A DNA stretch of 62,728 bases, filler included, from Globobulimina sp. (lineage: Eukaryota): NCBI GenBank assembly GCA_003354225.1. It is 37 parts of 37 records of this genome, joined end to end, with 100 filler letters (N's around TTAATTAATTAA, not from the genome) between each part and the next. Parts side by side here need not be neighbours in the genome. Positions count along the whole stretch, not along the records: positions 25,485 to 27,082 come from PIVH01014313.1; positions 27,183 to 28,780 come from PIVH01014314.1; positions 28,881 to 30,478 come from PIVH01014315.1; positions 30,579 to 32,176 come from PIVH01014316.1; positions 32,277 to 33,874 come from PIVH01014317.1; positions 33,975 to 35,572 come from PIVH01014318.1; positions 35,673 to 37,270 come from PIVH01014319.1; 30 more parts are not named here. One strand, written 5' to 3'. The position numbers were made by a program, and so were the translations under genes. Positions 25,931 to 37,370 of the stretch are shown in pieces. Within the stretch, counting starts at the first letter, position 1; every line of letters starts with the position of its first letter. The notes below the pieces were generated by a model that was given only the letters and a program-made list of their open reading frames with translations, was not told the origin of the DNA and did no database searches.

Positions 25931-26215
25931 CATTGATACCAAATATAAATACATTAAATAATTCTATGGTACATAGATGAAGCGGCTTCGCCGCTTGCTA
26001 TAAACACCAAATATAAAAAAAATCTATGTCCATAGATGAAGCGGCTTCGCCGCTTGCCATAAATACCAAATATTAATAAATGCGAATGTGCCCATGGATG
26101 AGGGGGTTCGCCGTTTGCCATAATACCAAATATAAAATAATTCTATGGCCGTATAATAAACCATAATAATATTCGTGGATGAAGCGGCTTCATCGATTTC
26201 CATTGATGCCAAATG
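25931..26215. repeat. Minisatellite (~59-61 bp unit) with a GC hairpin in each unit
   Basis: AAGCGGC-TTC-GCCGCTT at 25980-25996 and 26039-26055, with degenerate copies at about 26101 and 26182. Confidence 0.85.
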
Positions 26216-26610
26216 TAACGGGATATAATCTAATTAATAATACGTATAAGGAAACAAGAGACGATTGATGTCAGTTGTTACTTAACTTCTTAAGTGAGTA
26301 AATAGTTAGTTAACTTAAGTAAAAAACAGTAAAAACAGTAAGTTATCATAATTCACTGTTATCCCTTCAAGCTAACTGTTAAGTATATAAATATCAAAAA
26401 TTCATCTCAACAACACAGTATACACACAATAAACAAAATAAAAATAAAAAGCACTATAGAAACCGCCCGCAACCGCCACCGCACAACCACCAACCACACC
26501 CACCATCAAACACACCCAAAACATGCTATTTTTACTCACAAACGGTTATCAATTAATAACTTATTGATAGAGATTGGCATTTTATGTATTTGAATGAGAG
26601 AGATGCGTGG

Positions 26611-26856
26611 ATGAATTTAATGGGTCGAGAGATGAATATATAATGTTTGTATGAGACATGTGGGATGCGAGGCGCTACGCGCCATCACACCCACAGTCTC
26701 AACAACCATATATATCATCTCCAACCCATAAATTCATATGAATTTAATGTGTTGAGATATGAATATAATGTTTGTATGAGACTGTGGGATGTGAGGCGCT
26801 ACGCGCCATCCCACCCACAGCTCAACAATCATATATATCATCTCCAACCCATAAAT
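26611..26856. repeat. Tandem ~125-bp duplication containing a hairpin
   Basis: Two copies (26611-26733, 26738-26856), each with TGTGGGATG..GGCGC-TAC-GCGCC..CCCACA. Confidence 0.85.
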
Positions 26857-27182
26857 ATCATAAAATATCATAAAATGCCAACTCTACAAACAGTTATCTA
26901 TATAATATTTGGGGATGGTTTAGGCGGCGGATATTATAAAAGCAATGCCGGCGGATTTCATACTGAAAAAATTGGAAAAAAGGAAGGAAAGAATTGGTGG
27001 TGATAAACCACTACGGATTGAATAGAAAAAAGAAAAAATGGAATATAATTATTTGGATGAATACGATGATGATGAGGCAGTGNNNNNNNNNNNNNNNNNN
27101 NNNNNNNNNNNNNNNNNNNNNNNNNNTTAATTAATTAANNNNNNNNNNNNNNNNNNNNNNNNNNNNNNNNNNNNNNNNNNNN

Positions 27183-27702
27183 TAAAATTGAATTTGATTA
27201 TATTGGCAATTTAAAAATATTTGAAACAAAATTTACTAAATTAATCGGTGCTGCATTGAGTAGAATAAAAGCAATGATTGAGTCACAATTTGCAATTGAA
27301 GAATATTTATGCGATGAGATGGGATTTTCTTTTGGTATCATTCAATTAATATTACAATTGACACGATTCCAAAAGATTAGCTTTGAAATTAATGAAGGAA
27401 AAAGTAAATTTTTTGTCGAAAATGCAGCTGAAAAGGTGAGGTTTTCAAAAGTTTGTATAAAATCAAAAATGAGTCAATTGAAGCAATTTGATAACAAATA
27501 TAAGGAAAGGAATATAAATAAATATCTAAGGTGGCAATATAAAGATATTTTGGATAATGATAAACAAATTGAATATAAACCGTCATTTGAGTCTAATATA
27601 CTGATAAACAAAGAATATGGTAAGTTGATGAGTAAATATATGAAACTGATTTGTGCGGGAGATGTGTGTTTGGAAATTGGTTATAAATCTTTGCCAGTAT
27701 GA
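27183..27702 (+). CDS. Hypothetical protein fragment
   Basis: Open frame from the contig start; no family recognised. Confidence 0.45.
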
Positions 27703-27919
27703 TTTGAAACGACCTAACAGTCCTAACTCGAAAACTATTTGCCACCAAGCGAAACTTTCCAGAAATTTATGTTTGAGGCAAATATTTTTCGATTTATGAA
27801 TTGTTGTGCCATTGCTTGAAAGTCGGAAGACCGAAGTATGTGTACATAGTATTTGGTGTATATATGTTGTCATTTTGTATTTAGTATAATATTAATTTTA
27901 TAATATTTTTACGAGTTTG

Positions 27920-28710
27920 TCAAACACCACAAGGACCACCCATACAGACGGTTGTTCCCGCTCTAATTTCATTGTTACAATTAATTTTTGGATTAAGTTG
28001 TTCAAATCGAGTAAGATTCATCAATAACATATTTGAAATGGATTGACAAGTCCCGGATTGCGGGATTTCACATTCATTTCCACATTCATTTGGATGATTT
28101 GTGCGACACGGCTCGGGATTAGGCATCCAGCATTGGAGGGTATTACCATTAAACAATGGCTTTGTATCCACTGTTAAACCTTTATCCGGATCAATAATAA
28201 CCTGCGTTTTCGATTTAGTCATTGCATCCTCACAGGTTATCAAATCAGGCCCTTCTGTTAATGTATCGGGGCCCATCCATAAATCCTAAAATATAAATTA
28301 ATATAATATTATACATCCAAAATATTACAAGAAAACATACAAAATGCCATTTTTGATTTCTTTTCCAATCTTCATCACATTCTTCACCTTATTTAAGGGA
28401 ATAAAAGTAATTTATAACAAAGAGATTTAGAGATATATTAACAATCATCCTCCATAATAAAATATTTCTGAACAAATGATACATAAATTCTTGTTCCCGG
28501 TTTCGTTGCTTTGCTGCATCCAGCATATGTTATGGGATCCACATATGTGCCATTGCCACCTGCTTGTTTATGAAGATCTGGATATGCGATATCACCACCT
28601 GGCGGACAATTATCTCTCGCTCCATAAAATGTGGTCTCTGCGTTAACAGTTTGTGCTGATAAAGTAGGACGACATAAAAAAATAAGTAATGAAATAACGA
28701 AAATATTCAT
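27920..28710 (-). CDS. Secreted protein: 3D/DPBB-like domain plus C-terminal Cys-type LysM (introns 28388-28442, 28286-28340)
   Basis: Signal peptide; spliced TFYGARDNCPPGGDIAYP...GNGTYVDPITYA...GTRIYV...KYFIMEDDCEECDEDW...HFDLWMG; C-terminal TCQSIS...FEQLNPKINC..IRAGTTVC. Confidence 0.75.
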
Positions 28711-28880
28711 CCTTCAGTTTCAGCAGTATGTTCAAGGAGGACTTGTTCACTTCAAAAAAAACTCCAATACCTTTTTTAACNNNNNNNNNNNNNNNNNNNN
28801 NNNNNNNNNNNNNNNNNNNNNNNNTTAATTAATTAANNNNNNNNNNNNNNNNNNNNNNNNNNNNNNNNNNNNNNNNNNNN

Positions 28881-28999
28881 AATGTTCAATATTACAAGCA
28901 TTAGCAATAAATTAGGACAAGATTTCGTATCAAAAAGATTAAATAATATGGACACAATAATTGAAAAACACGACATTTATGGCGTATCAATATCCTTAA
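28881..28999. mobile_element. End of an interspersed repeat / DNA transposon terminating at TTAA (Kolobok-like)
   Basis: About 115 bp shared with 42465-42581. The similarity stops at CC-TTAA(A) in both copies. Confidence 0.65.
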
Positions 29000-29866
29000 A
29001 AGTATATTAACAATATCCAACGGAATTTTGTCATACAACATGTTACAATAAAAACGAAAATAACCATAAAAAAATATCTCATTAACACTATGTTCGTTAA
29101 ATAAAACGGCAGCGGCGTATGTTTTAGCATTTGGGCATGAAATTTTGCTCTGTCTTACACTCATGGTTTCCAATGATATTATAACAATGTCTCTTGTTAT
29201 ACAGTGTCCTGTATTGCCACCAAATATAATCAGTTCGTGTTCATTTCCTGTCATAATATATCCAAACGAATTTAATTTTGCTGGTAATTTGGCATCAAGT
29301 TTTATCCATTTATTGCTTTTCAAACAATGCATAAACATTTTATTTGTTCTACCGCTTATTCCAAGTTCATACCCTCCAAATAATAGCAACTGATCCTGCG
29401 ATTTTATATGTGATAATCCATGATAATAATTACCATTTTTCCAATATTTATTGTCCCGGAAATCGTAGATACATTCAGGAGAAAACTGCTTATTTTTTAA
29501 CTTGTAATGTTTTGTATTATCAGAGCCTCCAATTATATGCAAACAAGAATCAATAACAACAAATGAGGAACCAATACCAGTATAAATCTCATTTGTGGAT
29601 AATATCTCATGTATTGAAGTATCATTGACATTGATTTTTATGATTGAATAATCATTTATGATCCACAACATTTTATTTTCGTCATCAAAGCAACAGTTAT
29701 TTACAGATGAACATTTTGAGCCTGGATTCCAAATAAACCATTTATTTTCTTTATTATTAAATTTCCAATATTCCCTATCAGTGATGGCAATCAGCTCATT
29801 GTCATTCACTTTTATGATTTTAACAAATTTTTCTGGAGGTGATGGTGCTTTAATCCATGTAGCCAT
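28901..29866 (-). CDS. Kelch-repeat protein; last ~30 codons derive from the inserted repeat
   Basis: LHIIGG, LLLFGG and LIIFGG blades with W residues; C-terminal FYGYFR...IPLDIVNILL module. Confidence 0.85.
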   Translation of the reverse strand: MATWIKAPSPPEKFVKIIKVNDNELIAITDREYWKFNNKENKWFIWNPGSKCSSVNNCCFDDENKMLWIINDYSIIKINVNDTSIHEILSTNEIYTGIGSSFVVIDSCLHIIGGSDNTKHYKLKNKQFSPECIYDFRDNKYWKNGNYYHGLSHIKSQDQLLLFGGYELGISGRTNKMFMHCLKSNKWIKLDAKLPAKLNSFGYIMTGNEHELIIFGGNTGHCITRDIVIISLETMSVRQSKISCPNAKTYAAAVLFNEHSVNEIFFYGYFRFYCNMLYDKIPLDIVNILLRILIRHKCRVFQLLCPYYLIFLIRNLVLIYC

Positions 29867-29940
29867 TTCTTGAAGAACCCCTTTATGTGCGAGGATACAA
29901 ATGACCCCAAGCTTAACTAAATCAGTCTAAAATACTCTAA

Positions 29941-30478
29941 ATGGGTGCGTGTAGTCCGTGTACATGTTGTTTCAGGGACAGTAATAGTAAGGAAGATCGC
30001 AATGAATTGGAAGAATTGTTGCATTCTAATGACCGCTTATCCATTCGTATATTCACCTGGAATGTATGTGCACAGCAACCAAACAATACATCATTGAATA
30101 AATTACTGCGACAAACACCTAATGAGTCTGATATTGTAGTGATTGGTTTGCAAGAAATTATTGATATTAACAGTGCAAAGAGTATGCTATTTGATGATAA
30201 TTCAGACGCTAAATGGGATAATATTATTTTACGTGCATTAAATTCACATATCCAATCCAAAAAAAGTAAATTCAAGAAAAGTAAACACAACAAACAATTG
30301 ATAACCTATTCCCAATTGAGATCAATTCGTTTAATGGGTATATTGTTATTAATATATATTAAAGATACAATGCGCACTGCTATCGATCTTCCCAGTTTAA
30401 TGAGTAATCGTATCGGTGCTGGCTTATTTGGTATAGGACCAAACAAAGGTGCCGTTGCTATACGTTTTAGCATTTATA
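29941..30478 (+). CDS. Inositol polyphosphate 5-phosphatase (3' partial)
   Basis: IFTWNV, DIVVIGLQE, RLMGILLLIY, GPNKGAVAIRF. Confidence 0.92.
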
Positions 30479-30721
30479 NNNNNNNNNNNNNNNNNNNNNN
30501 NNNNNNNNNNNNNNNNNNNNNNTTAATTAATTAANNNNNNNNNNNNNNNNNNNNNNNNNNNNNNNNNNNNNNNNNNNNAACAAACCTATAAATATCAAAG
30601 CATAAATAAAAAAAGTCAATGAAAAAATGAAAATGTTTTTAATTGTAAATATTATAGCAATTCAAATAAAAATTAATATAATTAATATACACCAAAAACA
30701 CAATAAAAATTAGAAAACAGT

Positions 30722-32176
30722 TTATTTTGCTGTTATGGATGGAGATAAATTATCAGTCCTATTATCTGTCATATTTATATCATTGGAATGCAACATATAT
30801 TCATTTAATTGTTTCTTCTTATTCGTGTTACAATTATTCAATTCATTATTATTCACATTCGTGTTCTTCTCATTTGCGTCAAAATGAACATGTTTATCTT
30901 TATCTTTATCTTTGCTGTGTTTCTGATGCTTTTCCATTCCTATGCTATCACCCTTTATCAATATCGATCCATTCCCATTATAATTATGATTATGATGCCT
31001 ATCCTTATTTAGATCTATATCATCATTCTCCTCCTCATTCATATCAAATGTATCCGGGCTCTCATTAACATCACCATTCCTCATCAATTTCTGCTTCTTT
31101 TTCGGTGGATCATCGTGTTCCATTTCAGCTGTCTTATCCACATAATTCGACGTCGTGGTCACCGATATCTCCTCAAACTTCCTCTTTTTGTTATGTGTAC
31201 TCTTAATTTTATCCTTCCTCAATTTAGTATCACTGTCACTCATTGCATTCGATACGAAATCTAAAAAAGGACTCGTTTCCTTCTCTTTTTTTATGCCAAA
31301 ACTGAACCCCATCCCTCCATTTCTTTTGTTTTTCATTTTCCGCGCATTGCCCAACAAATCGTAGCTATCCTCGTTATTTTTCTGCCTATCCGGTAACCGC
31401 AGCTCTTTCCCTTTCCTCACCGCTACCAACCCCGCACCAAATGCGCCGGTGCCGGGTCGCGGTGAGTCCTTATACAGAATGCCGTGCATATGGCCATGCC
31501 CATTATGCCGCATTTTAATCGGCGTATCATTGCTATTCATATCTATATCCTCATCCTCTTCTCGTTTGTGCTCATTATGTTTATGTTTGTGGTTATTATT
31601 AATATCCTCCCCGTTGTTATTATTGCTGTTATCACCGTCATCCAACGCATAATCCGCGCCTTCCTCCTCATGATCGAAATAATGGATCTCTTCCTTGGAC
31701 GCTTGGTTCTGCCATGCATTCGACCCCAACATGCCAGGCGATAATCCATTGGGTGACATCCGTGGCGATAACGAGTCGCAATTCGACAACGTCGCCGTTG
31801 ATTGGTCATCAATGGTCTGCTGAATGGGAATGCCGTGCTGTGCCTTCTCATATAATTCAATCAGATCCGCAAACTTTGAGGTATATGCGATTAATTTGTT
31901 ATATTTCTCCAATATCTTCTCCTCGCCTAAGTACATAATGATATCCTCAATCTTCTTATCTTCGATGCTGGCAAACACACTCAACACCGTCGAATTTAAC
32001 ATATTGTACTTCTCCAATCCATTCCGCTCAAACACAGCCAACACATTCTTGAATAGGCCATACGTTTTAATCCGGCCGCTCCAAAATCTGTCATGCTGTG
32101 CCAAATGCAAACATTGGCGCAAAAAACGTATGCAACACATAGATAAATCTTTGTTTCCCAATGTCTCCTAATTGGC
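30722..32176 (-). CDS. PPP4R3: Protein phosphatase 4 regulatory subunit 3 (SMEK/Psy2) C-terminal part
   Basis: CCIRFLR...DRFW...LF..VL..F..NG..KYNMLNSTVLSVF..I, later EEIHYF and a disordered acidic/basic tail. Confidence 0.8.
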
Positions 32177-32330
32177 NNNNNNNNNNNNNNNNNNNNNNNN
32201 NNNNNNNNNNNNNNNNNNNNTTAATTAATTAANNNNNNNNNNNNNNNNNNNNNNNNNNNNNNNNNNNNNNNNNNNNGGTTTTCAACTTTGAAAACTAAGA
32301 TTCGAAACCTAGGTCAACTTCGAATACTAG

Positions 32331-32370
32331 GTTGAAAACCACTCTAGCTAACCCAAAAACCTTGCCAATC
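32331..32370. repeat. 40-bp dispersed repeat, inverse copy at 59478-59517
   Basis: GTTGAAAACCACTCTAGCTAACCCAAAAACCTTGCCAATC matches the reverse complement of 59478-59517 at 37/40 by manual count. Confidence 0.8.
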
Positions 32371-32544
32371 ACAAAAGAAGTGTTTAGAAGTGTGAACCTA
32401 AAAAGTCAAATGTGTTTCAAACAGGTCCTATTCTAAAGTACTTAATTAACAAATGTACGATGAAAGAAGATGAAAGAAGATGATATTGATGTTAGTGCTT
32501 TAAATTAAAAAATGTCACTACTAAAATATTAAAAATAAATCACA

Positions 32545-33874
32545 TTATTTGCCATAATATTTGTTATGTTTTGCATTAGGTTTTGTCCATTCGGAATGAA
32601 CAAACAATGCATCACCATTTTCATCATTACCAGGTTTACCATCCGTTCTTTGAAATGTATGTGCACCAAAATAATCTCTCTGTGCTTGCGTTAAATTCGC
32701 AGGTAATCTCTCCCTACGATACGAATCATAATATGCTAAAGAGGCAGCAAACGCAGGCACCGCTATACCATTTTGTATTGCTGCAATTACAACATTTCTC
32801 CATGACCTCTCACACCGTATAATATCTTTACTAAACTCTTCGTCCATTAGCAAAGACACCAACTTATCATTACGTTTATATGCTGCCGTGATACGATCTA
32901 AAAATTGTGCACGAATTATACAGCCACCCTTCCAAATCGATGCAATTCCGCCCAAATCCAACCCCCAGCCTTTATTTAGGCCCATCTCACGGATTAAATT
33001 CATGCCTTGCGTATAACTGCATATTTTCGATGCATATAAGGCGTTTTTAACATCATTTATAAATTCCTTTTGTTCCTCTGACGGTATCACCGTAATTTGC
33101 GGAGATTTATATTTTTTTGCGGCTTCAATCCGTTCATGTTTCAACGAGGATAAATTGCGTGCAGTCAATGCAGAACTTATAGTCGGCGCTGCAATGCCTT
33201 GTTCCGCAGACTCTTTTACTGTCCATAAACCCGTACCTTTTTGTCCAGTTTTATCCAATACCACATCCACTAAATAACTATCATCCTCTTCCTTTTTCTC
33301 GTCACTTTTCATATCATCTTTCTTTTTAAAGATATTGCATGTAATTTCAATCAAAAATGAGTCTAATTCGCCTTTATTCCATTCACCAAACACATTACTT
33401 AATGCATCGTTACTTAAACCACAAATATTTTTTAATATATCATATGCTTCGGCAATTAATTGCATATCGCCATATTCTATGCCATTATGGATCATTTTAA
33501 CATAATTGCCTGCACCGCCGGCACCTAAATATCTACAACAGACAGTACCGTCGGCGGTTTTGGCTGCTGCGGATAGTAATATTTTCTCAATACGTTGGTA
33601 ACCATCATAGGAACCACCGGGCATTAATGAGGGGCCATAACGAGCGCCTTCTTCGCCGCCACTTACACCCATACCCATATATAATATGCCTTTGCTAGTG
33701 GCCAATTTCTCTCTTCGTTCCGTGTTTTTGTACCATTCATTCCCTAAATATACGCATGCATAACATTGACAGATAATATTTAATTGCCAACATGTAGCCC
33801 GTTGCCGTGCGCAAGGATAACTGGATAGGGATAAGGATATTAAAATAGATACCTCCGTCAATGATCATATCACC
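32545..33874 (-). CDS. PGD: 6-phosphogluconate dehydrogenase, decarboxylating (5' partial; intron 33744-33852)
   Basis: IIDGGNEW, GMGVSGGEEGARYGPSLMPGG, YVKMIHNGIEYGDMQLIAE, QKGTG, WKGGCIIRA, QAQRDYFGAH. Confidence 0.97.
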
Positions 33875-33974
33875 NNNNNNNNNNNNNNNNNNNNNNNNNN
33901 NNNNNNNNNNNNNNNNNNTTAATTAATTAANNNNNNNNNNNNNNNNNNNNNNNNNNNNNNNNNNNNNNNNNNNN

Positions 33975-35572
33975 AATCTGACTCCAGTTGATTGATGATT
34001 GTTGGCGATGAAAAGGAACGCAAAAGGGGATGGCCATAAGTGTTGTCTGTTCAGGCAGAAGCAAAGGGAAACAGGTGTTCTGTGTCCGGCAGTTGTCAGG
34101 GCCTCATCCGCATGTAGTAAACCAATCCTGAGTGCACGCTGTGGGCTTCTTGATTTGTGTCGACTCAAACCAAAATTCTTCCGGCAGCACACAACAGATT
34201 GAAAGGCAAACAAAACCACAGAACCAAAAACGTCGGCCAATGCGTCTCTTTTTGTTCCAATCGTCCTTTTATCCTCCAACAAAATGCAAAAATAATAATA
34301 GAAATAGAACACCACTATCCCGCTAAGGCTAAGGAAAATGTTCTAGATCAATGGTTTCTTTCTTCCAGGTCGAATTGTCTTCCGTCAGTGTTCGTATCAA
34401 AACGAAGGGCACCATATGAAGAATGTAAAGAAAAGGAAATGGTATCGGCCCTGTATTGCGTTCTCTCCTTCTTCTCTGTTGCGATTGACCACTATAGCAA
34501 ATAATAATATATTTTACTATAGTCTACAAATAGGTAACAAGTGTAAATACAAGTCAAAGACAACAATAAACTGAGCTACTATCAAAGCAGCAGTAAAATG
34601 GGCGAAAGTATTACGTACTGGCACAGGGGTGAATACGTTATACAAATACGTCAATAACAGATAAATTTGCATATTACATAAAATACGCGGATTCACGTTA
34701 TGTATGCTCGCTAAATCCGCGACACTCCCGACAACAGAAATGTTGACTCGAGGGTGCCCTGAAAAACGAGCAGACATAAACATGATACAATATTACAAAA
34801 AGTATCAAATACAAAAAAGTAAATATACTGTTGTATCATCAGATAAAATCAGACAATGTTCCTTGAGTGTTCCTCTGAACCATGGGGAAGTTGGATGAAA
34901 AGCACAACAACCCACTCCATTGTCCGAGTAGTTGTTCGATTTGTTTGAGGAGCTTCTGGGAGGTTTGTTGGTTGATGATTGATTGATGCAATGTTAGGAC
35001 CGCCAGTGATTGCTGTTCACAAAATCCCTGAATGGACCGCCAGCGAGTACTGTTCTCAAAATCCTCTCCATTGCCTTGTGTCTGTGTCACCTTTGATTGT
35101 GTTAACTTGTTTGATTGACAACCACCTAAGAGTCTGTCGGCCCTGCCAGCTGTCGGTGAACTCTTGTTCGTTGACCAGGTCTGGGAAACGCATGTAAACC
35201 AGCTGTCAGATGAACTCTTGTTCTCTTGTTCAGGCCTGGTAATGCTTCTGGTTTCAATGTCCGATTCGTCTATAGGTGCCAAGGTAATGTCAACCATGAA
35301 TTGAGTTAACATTGGTTGTTCCAGCCACAGATTTGACTGGGGATGTGCGGTGAACTTGTGATGTGCCACTGCTGAATGGTGGACTTGATTGATGATGAAC
35401 TTGCCACTATGAGGTGGCACCTCCCAACGCAAAAGATTAGGTACCGTCAATGTAGAATCTGACTCCATGTTGATGATTGTTGGCGACCAAAAAAAACGCA
35501 AAAAGTGACGGCCAAAAGTGACATATGTTCGGCCAAAGGGAAACAGGTGTTTTGTGTTTGGCAGCTGTCTGG
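33975..35572. repeat. Diverged ~125-bp direct repeat at both contig ends (33975-34100, 35456-35572); possible decayed mobile element
   Basis: AATCTGACTCCA..TTGATGATTGTTGGCGA and AAAGGGAAACAGGTGTT.TGTGT..GGCAG.TGTC.GG occur in both copies. Confidence 0.7.
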
Positions 35573-36077
35573 NNNNNNNNNNNNNNNNNNNNNNNNNNNN
35601 NNNNNNNNNNNNNNNNTTAATTAATTAANNNNNNNNNNNNNNNNNNNNNNNNNNNNNNNNNNNNNNNNNNNNCCACCGCTGTGAAAACCTTTGCATAAAA
35701 AGCAGTGGCTAAACAGTAAATATACTGTGTGTGTTCCGGAGTTCAGTCTGGCCAGACAGACTCAGAAATCCTCCGTAGCCAAAACTGCCGGACGATATAC
35801 ACTGTTTGCTATTTGTTTTTTCAGAGAAAAACAGTGGAAGTGGATATTGTTTTTTTGATATGCCAAAAATTAGTTGACAGGATTAAAACAAAAAAGCTGT
35901 TTCTAAATCGGAAAAATACGGTCACAAAAAATACGTCACCAAAAACAAAAAATACAGTAGGCTGTCAACAAAAAAATAAGAGTAAAAAAAAAATATCTAC
36001 AATCTCGAATCTCAATAATGCATAAATAAATAAATCTAATCCAAAAAAAATAAGAATGTAAACAATTTAAAATAAAA

Positions 36078-37270
36078 TTAATTTGCTAAAATATCATCCA
36101 ATGATACTTTAATATGACTATACATTGCTTGCACCAAATGAACATACTCCTTATTATCATATTGATTTTTTACAATGGTCACATTGCCAAATCCAACACC
36201 TTGGAATGGTGATATTACATTACTTAGCCTCCATTTCATAGTCAATAAATTTAAAATATGAATCTGATCGCTCAATCCATCAGAATTGCTCCCTCCAATT
36301 AACATCACATACTCGCAATTCTCACTAATCACACTCCCAAACGATTGCATCTTATCCGGTACACACAATGCCAATTTCTCCCATTTGCATCCATTTGGTG
36401 AATATTTCCATATTTCATCAGTTCGGCCCAAATCTTTGCCTTTAAAGCCACCAAAAAATAAAAAATATTCGTCCACTTTATTGTATACCATACCAAACGA
36501 AATCAATCCTTTTTTAAACTCGGCAAATTCATAAATTATATCCAATTCACCATTATCATAAACTAAATGATTCCCATTATTGTTACCAAAAAATATATTA
36601 AATGTACCATCGATGACATACGACAATATGCCAAAACATTCGATATTGCCCAATGCAATGCACTCAAACCGTTGCGTTTTGATATGAATTTTCCACATTC
36701 CGCCACATCCAATGCCATTAAATAAATAAATGATTCCCTGCTTATAATCCATACAAATATTATGATATTGCGAGAAGAAATGATTTGGATAAATTAGCCA
36801 TAAATGCCACCTGTTTTTCAATATGTTATATTTATAAATGCCGTTCTTTTCGGCGTTACTAAATGCATATTCTGAGTTATTTGCATCATTGGCCTCATCC
36901 GAATAGGCGGCCGCTATGAATTCATTGTCATTCAATGGGATGATATTGGATAATTTGGGTGGAAGTATCAAATTATTTGTACCTAAGGCAATCCACGGCT
37001 TTTTTAGTGACACTGTGTTAACCATTCCTGTCCATAATAAATATCGTTTGAATATTTGTAATTCTTTGGAATATCGTTGTATATCACAGATTTTGTGTTC
37101 ATTGGTGTCCCAATATTTGATTTTCAACCATTCGCCGTCTTTGTCAGTAAATATGGAAATCACTTGTCCTTCGCACCATAATTTAATTATATTGGAGTAT
37201 ATTAAACAAATTGAGCCTTTTTTTAAGGATAATTTATGATCGTCGTCGATAGGTTTAATATCAGCACAAT
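36078..37270 (-). CDS. Kelch-repeat protein with an N-terminal Tudor/SH3-like barrel (5' partial)
   Basis: KKGSICLIYS...WCEGQVISIFTDKDGEWLKIKY...IQRYS, then blades FLFFGG and VMLIGG. Confidence 0.8.
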
Positions 37271-37370
37271 NNNNNNNNNNNNNNNNNNNNNNNNNNNNNN
37301 NNNNNNNNNNNNNNTTAATTAATTAANNNNNNNNNNNNNNNNNNNNNNNNNNNNNNNNNNNNNNNNNNNN

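Noticed and set aside
25931-26215. CRISPR-like array (palindromic repeats)
   Set aside because: The intervening segments are short, AT-rich and similar to each other, the repeats decay, there are no cas genes, and the context is eukaryotic.
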